Origin: Octopus vulgaris
Taxonomy: Eukaryota
Direction of reading: 5' to 3'
NCBI GenBank assembly: GCA_951406725.2
Contig: OX597820.1
Span: 51,646,001-51,710,000, forward strand
Length of the DNA stretch: 64,000 nucleotides
The notes beneath the pieces were generated by a model. That model made no database searches, was not told where the DNA came from, and was given only the letters and a program-made list of their open reading frames with translations. Positions 27,659 to 41,599 of the stretch are shown piece by piece; the first letter of the stretch is position 1; each line of letters opens with the position of its first letter. A program made the position numbers and the translations under genes.

Positions 27659-28803
27659 CTATTAGAGCAAATAAGGTACTCAGAGATGTGGATTGAGATT
27701 GTTGTATATATACAAATAGTTATTAACATGTCATATGTTTTTACAAATCACATGCAAGCGCTTTCATCTACTCTAATAGATTCTTCAGATTTAAATTTTG
27801 TGCAGGGATTTGACTTTTTATAGCATTAGGGTAAAGGTTGGGGTGGAGAGAGCGGGGGAAAAGAAGAGTAATATTGAGTGTATAGAATAGGAAAAGAGGG
27901 AGATGAATGGGGAGATAGTACAGAAAGGAAGTGAAGACTATGTTTTTGTGCGTGTATGCATGTGTGTGTGTGTGTGTGTGTGTGTGCCTGTGTATCTGAA
28001 AGGAAGCGTTTTAAGCAAGAGACAATGAGAAAATGAAAATACTATATATTTTAAGTAGATGCCTAGAACAGATGCTTACTTTGGTTCAGCCAGTTCACCA
28101 GGAGGTGTGAAAGAATACTGTGAAAAATGTGTTTTTCTTAATGTCAATGGAAAAGAGGGGAAAGAAAGGGAGGAAGAAAGAAAACAGAACCCCACCCTTA
28201 GAGAAACCACCTTGTCTCGCCATTTTTACAGACCAAGAATCAACTTGTCATCTTCTGTTGAAGGAACTCACCAACAGATATTTTAGTTATAAACACGTAT
28301 TTTTCTCCTTTGTTTCCTTCTCTTTTCCATTGACATGAAGAAAAAACACATTTTTTCACTTTGAAAACATTTTTCTTTCAGATCTGTCTGAACAAAACTA
28401 AGCATCTATTCGCGCCACCTACTTAAAATATATATATTCTTTTCCGTTTCTCTTTATCTCTTGTTCAAAACGCTTCCTCTCAGATACACAGGCACATACG
28501 CACACATGCACACGTACACACACACTCTCTCTCTCACTTTCTCCCTCCACTATCACCCCATTCCTCTCTCTCTTTCCCTACTCTATACACTCCACAATAC
28601 TCATCTTTTCCCTCTCTCTCTCCACCCAACCCATTCACTAATACTATAAAAAGAGATAAATCCCTTCACAAAATTTAAATCTGAAGAATCCATTAGAGTA
28701 GATGAAAGCGCTTATATGTGATTTGTAAAAGCATGTGACGTGTTAATAAATAATTGTATGTGTACAGCCATTCAGATCTTAGAGTACCTTATCTTTTCTA
28801 ATA
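27659..28803. repeat. Long diverged inverted repeat (arms ~27659-28180 and ~28300-28803), probable PLE pLTR pair, with hammerhead-like motifs
   Basis: tacaaatcacatgcaagcgctttcatctactctaatagattcttcagatttaaattttgtg versus cacaaaatttaaatctgaagaatccattagagtagatgaaagcgcttatatgtgatttgta. The inner ends (aatgtcaatggaaaagag / ctcttttccattgacat) also pair. Confidence 0.9.
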
Positions 28804-28966
28804 TATATATATGCATATAATTATAAACATAAAATTATAATTAAGGGCACTGGTAGGCCAGCACCAATACACTAGTGTAGGTGTCAAATGTCTGCAAAGT
28901 TTGTTCTCCTATTCTTCACAAGGCTGAATGAGAGGAAATGGAAAACATATGTATATATATATATAA

Positions 28967-29187
28967 ACTCTTTTACTCTTTTACTTGTTTCAGTCATTTG
29001 ACTGCGGCCATGCTGGAGCACCGCCTTTAGTCGAGCAAATCGACCCCGGGACTTATTCTTTTGTAAGCCCAGTACTTATTCTATCGGTCTCTTTTGCCGA
29101 ACCGCTAAGTAACGGGGACGTAAACACACCAGCATAGGGTGTCAAGCAATGCTAGGGGGACAAACACAGACACACAAACACACACAC

Positions 29188-29238
<51 letters not shown>

Positions 29239-29403
29239 TACGACGGACTTCTTTCAATTGCGTCTACCAAATCCACTCACAAGGCATTGGTCGGCCCGGG
29301 GCTATAGCAGAAAACACTTGCCCAAGATGCCACACAGTGGGACTGAACCCGGAACCATGTGGTTGGTTAGCAAGCTACTTACCACACAGCCACTCCTGCA
29401 CCT
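28967..29403 (-). mobile_element. tRNA-derived SINE family A, full length
   Basis: A-box TGGCTGTGTGG, B-box GGTTCAGTCCC, internal (TA)n/(CA)n, and tail hairpin CAGTCAAATGACTG plus (GTAAAAGA)n. Confidence 0.93.
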
Positions 29404-29522
29404 ATATATATATATGTGTGTTTGTGTCGGGGGTATACTTAATATATATATAAATATATATATATAGGTATATATTTATACATATTTATATGTATATATA
29501 CGTACGTATATATCTGTGTACG

Positions 29523-29589
<67 letters not shown>

Positions 29590-29640
29590 CACAAATAAAT
29601 GAAAGAATGGAGTTGAACGACGAATTAACAAAATTCCTTT

Positions 29641-29725
29641 ATTCTCGACATATGTTTCGAAGGCTGCATATTCCTAATTTCGAAGGAATAAGGGGTGCAT
29701 TATGCCGCCTTCTCATCAGAAAAAA
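29641..29725 (-). ncRNA. Type I hammerhead ribozyme motif, core intact
   Basis: Minus strand reads TTTTT-CTGATGA-GAAGGC-G-GCATA...TATGC-A-GCCTTC-GAAAC-ATAT-GTC-GAGAA. GUC cleavage triplet and palindromic ACATATGT stem III. Confidence 0.85.
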
Positions 29726-29912
29726 ACAAGGAACTTATGTCAGCATCAAAATGAACAAAAATCTTTAGATGACTGCCCACACGGAGCCCATAGCGATAAT
29801 GAGTGTTTCTTATAACGGAATATTTTAAAGAAACACTCATTATCGCTATGGACACCGTGTGGGCAGTCATCTAAAAGTTTTTGTTCATCTTGATGCTGAC
29901 ATAAGTTCCTTG

Positions 29913-29998
29913 TTTTTTATGATGAGAAGGCGGCATAATGCGCCCCTTATTCCTTCGAAATTAGGAATATGCAGCCTTCGAAACATATGTCGAGAATA
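29913..29998 (+). ncRNA. Hammerhead motif copy with a C3A core change (ATGATGA)
   Basis: ttttt-ATGATGA-gaaggcggcata...tatgcagccttc-GAAAC-atat-GTC-gagaata. Confidence 0.7.
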
Positions 29999-30189
29999 AA
30001 GGAATTTTGTTAATTCATCGATCAACACCATTCTTTCATTTATTTTATTTAAAAAACACACAAATTTCCACACGAAAGCACGTGATCTCTGCCCTTGGCA
30101 TGTAGCCTCAACCGTGTTTTTCTGACGTGAATTTGCTACCCAGGTATCGGTTAACCGAATTATCCATAATAAGATAATTCATTCAACTA

Positions 30190-30268
<79 letters not shown>

Positions 30269-30837
30269 TTGTGTGTGCGTGTAGACCACACGTGTGAACA
30301 TGCATGAGGCTGGTTGTAAATATTCCATCTCCAAATTTCCTCTCAATGTATAGGGAAATCCTCAGTTAGAGCAGAAACAACTAGTCCTGACATAACACAC
30401 TGATCGGGAGAAACAAGTAACACGAAGTATCAAAGTTAATATTGTAACCAGAAAGCGATATATGCAGCCATAGAGAATCCCTACATCAATAGCTATGTGG
30501 CCATATTCTTCACCATGTTTATACATTGTAATTCAACGTATTATATGTATTATTTTTACTTGTCTCTTTCTGAATTTACCTGAATAACAACTGGTTATTC
30601 ATCAAATTTTGTATCTGTCCAAATGCAGTTATATTCCTCACCGCTTCTTAAGTGCTTTTCTCTGAATAATACCACCCTATCTATCTACACAGCTACGGAA
30701 ATATATACATGCGTACATATATGCATATATGGATCTCTATGCATTCCTAGCTACTCAGCTACTTACCGAGCAATCTATGCATGTCTGCGTTTGCTTCCCT
30801 CCTCTCCCCCGTTTCTTCCTTGCATATATGTATATAA

Positions 30838-30888
<51 letters not shown>

Positions 30889-30926
30889 CACTCATATACG
30901 TAAATATGTGTTTATATATATATAAG

Positions 30927-31001
<75 letters not shown>

Positions 31002-31463
31002 GTATATACGTGTGTGCATATATATATGTATATTAGTTATGTAAAATATACACAGTTCTGTGTATGTCTATATACTTACACTTAAATATAATTACGTTCA
31101 TATGGATTGAATCATGCAATTGATACATCAAACAGACAACCAACGTTAAATATACGGAATGGAATGATTATGCGTATGTTAAAGATTGACCTATATAGGC
31201 ATCTGCTATAGCCAAACAACGCAATTGACTCTGCCCTTATGAAAGACTAATATATCATAGTACGTCATTTACCATATCTACTCAGTAAGGTATCCTAGGT
31301 GATTCTTTTCCCATATGAGATTTCTGTGAGAAATATCTCTGAATGCTTCTCGTGTGGTTTTAATCATTTTTCACAGAGCTTCAAACAAAAGGTTGAAAAG
31401 ATCAGCAAGATGATTCTTCGCTATGAGGCCTTTTAAAAGCACCCGTCAAATCATTCAATTTGT

Positions 31464-31520
<57 letters not shown>

Positions 31521-31727
31521 AGATAGATTATATCGACACTGTCCTTGAACGAATAGGCTGCTATATTTAATATCTCATATGGTCTACAATCAATTTAATG
31601 GAATGCTGAACAGTGTCCAAACATGTTTAGAAAGTTGTTCTCTATTCTCTATTTGCGCGCCTGTGGCTTTTGAGCATGGGAATCGACACACATACATATA
31701 TATGTGTGCATGTGTCCGAGAATGTGT

Positions 31728-31771
<44 letters not shown>

Positions 31772-31800
31772 CATTTATGCATATATGTACATATTTATAA

Positions 31801-31851
<51 letters not shown>

Positions 31852-32301
31852 TGAATATACATACATACATATAAGTGTGTGTGTGTGCATGTGTGTGTGT
31901 AAATATAAAATTGTTTGTGCTCGTGCCGCTACAAGCACTAGGAAAAATGAATTATAAAATATATTTAAGGCCGAAATTTGTTTACTTGTTTCCAATTTCG
32001 TGTTATTTTACGTTATCTCATTCTAAGTCAACTGTTTATAAAAAAGTGTTAAAAACGACTCACAACGTTCTAACTCTAGAGTCAGTTACTCTCCCTGTAA
32101 CTAAGAAGCCATTTTCTGATGTCGAAGTCCCAGTGTTATATTTACTGGAATTTCCTATAGTTTATTTATAATATTAGCTATTCAAAATGTTATAATGCAG
32201 TCAAATGATCCACTATACAGTTTCCGTACGTCAAGAGTTGGCATCGTAGTTACATTACATGAAAATTTTCTTGACTTCAGTTCCCTCCGATTATTCATGT
32301 A

Positions 32302-32497
32302 TACTCTTTTACTCATTTATTTGTTTCGGTCATTTGACTGCGGCCATGCTGGAGCACCGCCTTTAGTCGAGCAAATCGACCCCTGGACTTATTCTTTGTA
32401 AGCCCAGTACTTATTCTATCGGTCTCTTTTGCCGAACCGCTAAGTGATGGGGACGTACACACACCAGCATCGGTTGTCAAGCAAAGCTAGGGGGACG

Positions 32498-32563
<66 letters not shown>

Positions 32564-32731
32564 TACGACAGATTTCTTTCAGTTTTCCGTCTACCAAATC
32601 CACTCACAAAGCATTGGTTGGCCCGGGGCTATAGTAGAAGACACTTGTCCAAGATGCCACGCAGTGGGACTGAACCCGGAATCATGTGGTTGGTTAGCAA
32701 GCTACTTACCACACAGCCACTCCTGCGCCTA
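32302..32731 (-). mobile_element. tRNA-derived SINE family A, full length
   Basis: Same structure as 28967-29403. Confidence 0.93.
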
Positions 32732-33064
32732 TATCACATTTTCTTGATAATGTAACTTCCTAAATTTATAAGCTAATATTTTAATATAAACACTGGTATG
32801 TATTACACCGTCCCTTTACATTACCTTAATATATCTGGAGTTGTGTGTAGATAAATGTCTCATAGCATATTTATTATATGTGATTGAGGAAGATGATGCG
32901 TGTATATATGCATGCATATATATATATATATTTATATATACACACACACATATATGCATGTATGTTTGTACATATAAATTTGTGTATGTATATATATATA
33001 TATATACATACATTTATATATATATATATATATATATTTATTTATTTATATATATGTATTTATA

Positions 33065-33150
<86 letters not shown>

Positions 33151-33249
33151 CATATTTTTTTATTATAATAATGTTGCAATCCATTGCAATCTTGTAAGCT
33201 TAAATATTCTGCACTATTTGTGATATTTGCCGTTTTATATCTTAAATCA

Positions 33250-33900
33250 CAGTAGGGTCCGATACAAACTTTTTGGGTTTTTTTTGTTATGACTCATATT
33301 CATGTTTCAAGGAATGAAGAATTTCGTGTGTTTATTTTACTATATACGCAATGTTGTACGTTTGTTCAACATGAAAGTAAGATCAATTCTCTTGATATTC
33401 CTTATTCTGTTGTACTTGACTTCTCTGCTACAATTATTTTCATTTTTTGACGATACTTGCTTTCACGATTTTGTCTATTCTTATCGCTTGAAATTATATA
33501 GGGATGCTTTTTTTTATTATTTTTGCGGTTTCTTGGTGCCGTCAATATTTTTTCCATATATCTCTGTATGATTAATGCTTTATTACTTTCGCACTCGCAC
33601 TAGTCTATTATATTTTATTTATAAAATGCATTTATAAAAATTATTGTTACATAGTATATAGATTTAAACTATATAGAACAAATTGATAGTTCATTATATT
33701 CTATTTCTCTATTTTTTTATGATTACATTAGATTATTAGATTTTAGACCTCCTCCAATCAGATTCAAGTGATAACATTAATATTTTGTTTATCAACTCTA
33801 CGTTTTTGTGCCGATAATGTACACATGTTAATGTACGATGTTAGGAATACATTTTAATAAACAGAAAAATAATCAAGACTTACATATTAAAATAATGTAT
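33250..33900 (-). mobile_element. Possible very decayed Naiad-type PLE C-terminal remnant
   Basis: MLNKRTTLRI**NKHTKFF resembles the LNKRSEL..KCRH..KF terminus of YRDD-type PLEs. Support is weak. Confidence 0.3.
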
Positions 33901-35610
33901 ATTTATTTAAGTAAAATGTAAGTTTGTGAAAAATATAGGTAATATATTTTAATGTACTTCACATGTATTTATCTCGTGTTCATTTCGTTTACATAATATG
34001 TACGCACGCGCACACACTTATACGTACATATATAGACATGCATCCACATATATATGTATTATGTTTGCATATATATATATGTGTGTGTGTGTGTTTGTGC
34101 ATGTATACGTACACATATACACGCGTATATATGTCTGCATGTACACACAGACACACATACGCACAGATGTATGTTTGTATCTTGTAGCTGGAATTAACTT
34201 TAATATTTATTTAGTTTTCTTCGCACAAACAGTTCACTGACGCAAATCAGCAGATGCACTGAAATAACATCGGTTGGTGTAACAATTGGTCTGACGAAAA
34301 GTTGGAGATCAGATAATGAATGTTTTAGTGATGTTAACTGTACTTTTTACTATTTGAATGGTTAATACGTGCCTTCCACGCTTTCATTGTTTTAGTTTCG
34401 CATCATGGCTTCTGAGTAAATGACTTGTCTCTCTCCCTCTCACACACGTACACATACGCACGCACGCACACATCCACACAGACAATATTTCTCTCTCTCA
34501 CTCTCGCTGACGCATACACGGATATTATCCATGAGTATGAGAGTGTGAATACCGTTTCCTTGTTGGTAGTATCAGCAAAGAAAATTCTGTCTATGGAGAG
34601 ATAAATGTCATTTACTCAATTAAAAATATATTAGTACCTTAGTAATAAGTATCAGTGCATTAGTAATACGTGAATTATTTCAAGTTTCATGTTTATATGG
34701 AATTTTAACCGGGGTGACGTACACAGCGAACCATGCGATGATCCAGAATGCTCGAGGCACAACGGCGTGAATACCCGAGGAAATGCAAGGAAAATTACGA
34801 GCAAAAGTTAAAATGAAGAGAAAACAATAGGAACAAATTTAAAGAGGGAAGGAATTTATTTTCTATGATCTCTTAAATAAATTAATTCGTTAATGTTAAA
34901 TCAAATCGAAAATCTACACCTAGTATAGGATAATCGAATGTGGGAGAGGCAAAAGCGCGTCAAGCTCAGTGTCGAAACTGGTGAGGTAAAAGACTTCTAG
35001 TCCAGCAAAATTTCAAGAATTACAGACGCGAGTTTTGAAATTCGGCGCAGTTCTTCGATCGTATATAGATGCGTATTCTTTCGATGATACAGAATCTGCA
35101 CTTTGTAACCCATTTATGATTGACTTAAATAACAGTACGATTCTCATTGTCTGTGTGCAACATGGATGCCTATCAGGTTCCAGATAAATGTTGCTAGTAT
35201 TTGTGCTTTACCATTTGGTCTAAATGCTTGAAAGGAGAATATTGACTGCTTTATATATAGAGACAGTGTTGTGAGAAAATTTCGCAGTGCGTCTATACAC
35301 ACTTTTCTCATATCAATGCATAACTAGGACATGTTTATGCATGAAGACTCGGGATATTTGGCTACATTAATCCTGCCATTCAAGGAGAAGATTGTGAGAA
35401 AAACAGCAAAGCATAAGTTTCTTTGGAGTAATTTCAGGAAAGCATTGATTTTCTGTTAAGTGTATGCAGGTGACATCTTAAAGGAAGAGATGCAAGAGTT
35501 AATATTGCAAATGTTAGCCGTAAAGATGTTTCAGTTGATAGTGAATAGCGTGACTATTGCAATTATATATAAGTTTGCCATTTGGTTTATGGGATGGATT
35601 TATAGCGTGG

Positions 35611-35720
35611 TACTTACTCTATCAGTCTCATTTGCCGAACCACTATATTACGGAAACGAAAACACACCAACTTCGGTTGTCAAGTATTGGTGGGGAGATA
35701 AACACTGGCAAAACATACAA

Positions 35721-35803
<83 letters not shown>

Positions 35804-36047
35804 GAAGTGTACGTGGGTATATATTTATAAAAATAATTTTGAAAACCCCATCACGTGGGCTCTGTTGAGAATAGTAAGGAATAATTATGAAATTGTTATT
35901 ACACTTAACTTTCAAAAATAATTTTGATAAGTTTCGTCTTTTCAAGAAGAAAAAAAACATGTAAAATCTCTAAGGGAATTAAAATTTATCCTATATAGTG
36001 GCGTTTTTAAACTTCTTTTACACACACACACATATACACACACACAG

Positions 36048-36125
<78 letters not shown>

Positions 36126-36297
36126 GGTTACTTTCAGTTTCCCTCAACCAAATTCACTGGCAAGGTTCGGTCAGCCGGTGACTATGCTACAAGACACTCT
36201 CCCAATGTACCACATATTGGGACTGAACTCAGATCCATGTGGTTTCGTACCGAGCTTCCTACTACAAAGATGCTCGCTACAACAATGAACCTGCGCC
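35611..36297 (-). mobile_element. Decayed SINE family A pieces split by (TA)n and other sequence
   Basis: Tail-side tacttactctatcagtctcatttgccgaacc at 35611-35705; head-side tgggactgaactcagatccatgtgg...cctgcgcct at 36125-36297. Confidence 0.65.
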
Positions 36298-36479
36298 TCA
36301 ATCATATAAAACCGGTAACTTGTATAATATTTATACATTAAAATAGCATGTCCTGATTAAAAACGGAATAACTGTTAAATAGAAGGTAGTCAGTAAAATA
36401 TCTTACGGTCTAATAACTTTGAAGCTAAGAAGATTATGGAAGGTTATGATGTTGATGACAGGACAGAGTCATTTGTGCC

Positions 36480-37298
36480 TATAAGGCCTAGAATAACATT
36501 TAAAAAAATCATAAGGATAATTTCAATTCTAACTTTTAATTTAGCTTAATTTGCGCAGACCTGTCTGTGCCAGGTAAATTAAGTAAAATTATTTTAGATA
36601 AATATTTACCGACACGTAGGAGAAATTTGAAACTTGAACTATGTTTAAATGCACAGGAAGCTATTAATTTGTTTGCTGGAATAGATAATAAATATAAAAG
36701 TAAATTTATATAAATAAATATTGATAATTATTATTCATCTAGTTCTTAATTAGGCTCTTTTGCTTGCTAAAAAAGTTTTATCCTTAATTTAAAAGAAATT
36801 AAAATAATTTTAGAAGCTAGAAAATCAGTAACATTATTTGATAATATGATGGATTTGATATTTCTATGGGATCAGCTGATTTTGATCAGGTTACTGATCT
36901 TACAGGGATATACATTCTATTTATTTATATAGGTAGTGATTTTCCGGAAATTAGAGGTGGATTGTACAGAGATGATACGCTGTGTTTAATTGATAACATA
37001 TCTAATAATGAATTAGATTTTTGTATGAAAAGGCTTCATGAATTCTTCAAAAGTTTTGGTTTATCTCATTGTATTGAAAATGAACATGATTTTGTTAATT
37101 ATTTAAATGTTAATCTGAATCTTGTTAAATATCATTAAATTAATACTAATTTAAAGTATATTAATTTTAATACTAATCATCCTACAGGAATTGACATACT
37201 TTGGTTTAAAAGATTCAGTGATGAATTTCATATTTGTCTTCTAATGAGTAAATTTTCAATAGTAACGATGAATACTACAATGTAGCGCGTGAAAAACG

Positions 37299-37356
<58 letters not shown>

Positions 37357-37637
37357 CGTTTATATATATATAAGATCGTATCTTATTTATTGTAAACGAG
37401 AGAAAAACAGTATAAATTATAATAATACTAAATAGATGCACAACGTATCGGGTAAATATAATATTATGGGGTGAGTAATAAAATTAAACTTGCTAAAGCT
37501 CATAAAAATAAGGATGATACAGTAATTAATAAATTGACCACAAATGAATCTCATAATAAACAAATCAGTAGTAGAGAAAAATGCAGTGTAAAACAATATT
37601 CTGAAATTAATATCAATGATGGAGATAACTTAAGTGC

Positions 37638-37708
<71 letters not shown>

Positions 37709-37758
37709 CAACATCAACAATAATAATAATAATGATAATAATAATGATAATAATAATG

Positions 37759-37823
<65 letters not shown>

Positions 37824-38660
37824 AAGAAGAAGAATAAGAAGAAGAGAAGAAGAAGAAGAAGAAGAAGAAGAAGAAGAAGAAGATGAAGAAGAAGAAGATG
37901 AAGAAGAAGATGAAGATGAAGAAGAAGAAGAAGAAGAAGAAGAAGAAGAAGAAGAAGAAGAAGAAGAAGAAGAAGAAGAAGAAGAAGAAGAAGAAGAAGA
38001 AGAAGAAGAAGAAATTTAAGAGTTGAAACTATATTCCATAAGTTAATTTTCATCATAATTTTCATCATAAAATTTATGACGGTAATAATATTTGTTCTAT
38101 TATTCCTTCTACAAAACAAAACTAATTTCGTCAAATGATTTTACTGATTTATATGTAAATATTATAATAAAGAAAATGTGTATAATAAAATAATTAATAA
38201 TAAAATTATTAGAATTCGCCTTTGAGTATCTATAACCTTATTTTAATATCAATAGATTAGATGCGTGTTTTTGTTATAGTAATAGAAACAATATTACTTT
38301 AATTACTAACGCTATTGAATGACCTAATCGAAGTAGTATAGCTTAGATATTTGTGAATGTAGGTTTAAGCGTAATTGTTATTTCAATATATTTTGTATGC
38401 AAAATAACCTTATATACAGATGTAGATTTGAGTCTGAAGGAAATAGTCATTATTAACTTTTATTAATCTATGTTTTGCAAACAATGAATATACTTTGAGA
38501 AATAGGAATAAGTTTAATTAAATTCATATGGACGTTAAAGGAGAGTAAGAAATTATATAACCTTGTATCAACATTTAAAATAAAATAATGACCAATGAGA
38601 ACGTGTTTTAATCATGTAAACGCCCTTCAAAGTTTGCGCTTAGAAAGTACTATTATATTG
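36480..38660 (+). mobile_element. Decayed Naiad-type (YRDD) Penelope-like element interrupted by microsatellites
   Basis: RITFK(fs)HKDNF, LI....GKLSKIILDK, KFI*INIDNYYSS, FDISMGSADFDQVTDLTGIYIL, GGLYRDDTL, VNYLNVNLNL, YINFNTNHPTGI. Confidence 0.85.
37638..38013. repeat. Compound (AAT)n-(AAG/GAT)n trinucleotide microsatellite
   Basis: Direct reading. It is the source of the spurious poly-I/R/E ORF. Confidence 0.98.
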
Positions 38661-39366
38661 AATTGATGATATGGAGGATTATGAGGTATTAAAGTATTAA
38701 TTATTTTAGGTAATTAAATGATATATAAATTATCAAATCTTCAGAATATGTATATATATATATATATATATATGTTTGCATGTATGTATTTATATGTGTA
38801 TGTAATTGTCGTTGTATGTAGATATATGCATATATACGTATATGTATATGTGTATGTATATGTGTATATGCATATATATCTAGCTTTAGGTTTGGAATTT
38901 ATATGCATGTGTGCACCCATGTGTGTGTGAGTGTGTATGTGTGTGTGAGTTTGTATGTGTATGTGTTTGTGTGTCTGTGTTTACTATTATTATTCTTGTT
39001 TTCTAATAAATTCATTAAGATCATTTATTGATTCTCAATATTATATTAAGTAATATAGTACTAATTATATTAAGTAATATAGTACTAAATATTTATTAAT
39101 CTCGAAATATATTCTGAGTAAAGTATCTTATGTGGCGGCGCAATGGACTCGCGGTCGAAGGATCGGGGTTTCCAATGTATATTAGCAGTTATTATTTCAA
39201 ATAATTGTAGGGTTTAAATTTGTAGAATTGTAATTGTAATTATAAATTTATTTTTATTTATTTAAATTTTATTTTATAGATGTATTCATTTATATACATT
39301 ATCTGAATATCCATGCAAATATATAAGCATATGCATAGAATATGTATATCAGGGTATGTGTATATA

Positions 39367-39413
<47 letters not shown>

Positions 39414-40533
39414 GTGTGTGTGTATATATATTACTTATTTGTTACATATTTTAGTAAATGAATATTTATATGTATTATGTATTGTTTTATATATATATAT
39501 ATATATATAGTATTATGTCTCTATGTATGTATATATTTGGGCATGTATGTGTTTGTGTATCTATGTATGCATGTATGTGTGTCTCCATAGCTATTTTATA
39601 TAGATATATGTATATTATAAGCAGTACGATATATTATATTCGTCTAATAAACTATGTACTTTTAGTATAGGAAAAGAATAATTATTATTTTGATATTGAA
39701 ATCCTTTGGACGTTCTAAAGTTACTTATATTGAATAATCTTAAATGTAACCATATGTATTTAAATTAAATTTTAAACTAAACCCTATTGTAAATAGGATT
39801 TGTTTATAGTTTTATATATTTCCTTCGCAAGTATGAATGCATTGGACTATAAACGCATTGATATAAAGTGAATTATTTCATCTGAACAATAAGACATTTT
39901 TATTTATCGATCTAAATATTAGCATAGATAAAGATTATTCTGGCATAAATGATATTTATTGAGCACCTCATTAGAGACATACTTTGTAAATTACCTTTGT
40001 GAAACTATCATCCTTGTATTCTTCCGTAAACATAAATGCATATAAACATTACGATGCGATCTTTAATTTTAATTTTAATTTTAATTGTAGCATTATTATT
40101 CTTAGAATGGAAATGAGTAATTATGAAAAGAACATTTAAGAAGTCCTTATGGTTAAACTTTGTTGGAAAATTGGTCAATTCAACGTTTATTTAATTCCTA
40201 CGATAACTTATGTTATGATAATATGTTTTAGAACGTTTATTTCTTCTATAAACTACATAATTTTTAATTCTTTATTTTTGTTGTTTAGTAAGAATTATTA
40301 TGTATAAATAATGAAATGTAATTTATAATATTATTTGTTATTTGACTAGAGATGATACAGTATTTTAAATGCATTATTTTGCTATTTACTGAAAGAGAAA
40401 TAGCGTAGTGTTATTATAATAACATGTACTTTTTAATAAAATGGAAGAATGACAGGTTATTTCTTATTTCACCATGCTTTTTTAACCATTTTTAGAAATT
40501 ATTTGTTCCTAGTATACACGGTTATATATATAA

Positions 40534-41115
40534 AGGCTCAGGAGAGGGTGTGTGTTAAGAAGTTTGATTACCGACCACATGGTTCCGGGTACAGTCCCAC
40601 TGCGTAATACCTTGGGTAGTTGTCTTCTGCTATAGCCTCGGGCCGAACAAATCCTTCTGAGTGGATTTGGTTAACGGAAATTGAAAGAGGCTTGTCGCAT
40701 ATATATATATATACTCTTTACTCTTTTACTCTATTACTTGTTTCAATCATTTGACTGCGGCCATGCTGGAGCACCGCCTTTAGTCGAACAAATCGACCCC
40801 GGGTCTTATTCTTTGTAAGCCCAGTACTTATTCTATCGGTCTCTTTTGCCGAACCGCAAAGTGACGGGGACGTAAACACACCAGCATCTGTTGTCAAGCA
40901 ATGCTAGGGGGACAAACACAAACACACACACACACATATATACATATATATATATATATATATACGACAAGCTTCTTTCAGTTTCCGTCTACCAAATCCA
41001 CTCACAAGGCATTGGTCGGCCCGGGGCTATAGCAGAAGACACTTGCCCAAGATGCCACGCAGTGGGACTGAACCCGGAACCATGTGGTTGGTTAGCAAGC
41101 TACTTACCACACAGT

Positions 41116-41186
<71 letters not shown>

Positions 41187-41373
41187 ATATGTGTGTGAGC
41201 GTCCGTGTGCGTGTGTGTATGTTTGTGAGTCTCTGTTTGCTCCCACCAACATTGTTTAATAAACGAGGCCGGTTTGTTTACGTACCCGTAACTTAGCGGT
41301 TCGGCAAAAGATGGCGGTGCTCCGACATGGCCGCAGTGAAGTATCTGAAACAAAAGAATAGAAGTATAAAAGA
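40534..41373 (+). mobile_element. SINE family A (older, + strand) split by a nested copy
   Basis: Head at 40534-40700 (catggttccgggtacagtcccactgcg) and tail at 41175-41373 (cttagcggttcggcaaaag...catggccgcag...ctgaaac). Confidence 0.85.
40713..41116 (-). mobile_element. SINE family A (younger) nested in the internal (TA)n of the + copy
   Basis: Near-consensus tail and body. It ends at cacacagtcac. Confidence 0.92.
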
Positions 41374-41599
41374 ATATATATATTGTATATTATATGTATT
41401 TATATTATATATAATACTGTATAAATAGTTATATTAATAATGTGGTTCTAGAGGAGTTTTGGTAAAGCTTAGAAAAAACTAGCTTTACATTCAAAATCCA
41501 TTTTAAAATCAATTTCTTTCTCTGTGACACCTTTCCATGTAAGGACAAGAAGGATGAAAACTCTTTTCATTATTTTTTATTTTTTATTTATTTTTTTGG

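Larger units (their letters stand above)
29593..30045. repeat. Young near-perfect palindrome (~220-bp arms, ~16-bp loop at 29812-29827) with two opposed hammerhead motifs
   Basis: The arms are reverse complements with few mismatches. The ORF track shows the same peptide (FLYSRHMFRRLHIPNFEGIRGALCRLLI) on both strands. Confidence 0.97.

Noticed and set aside
37471-38134. 182-aa poly-I/R/E ORF and its antisense poly-L/F ORF
   Set aside because: Compound trinucleotide microsatellite inside a dead PLE.
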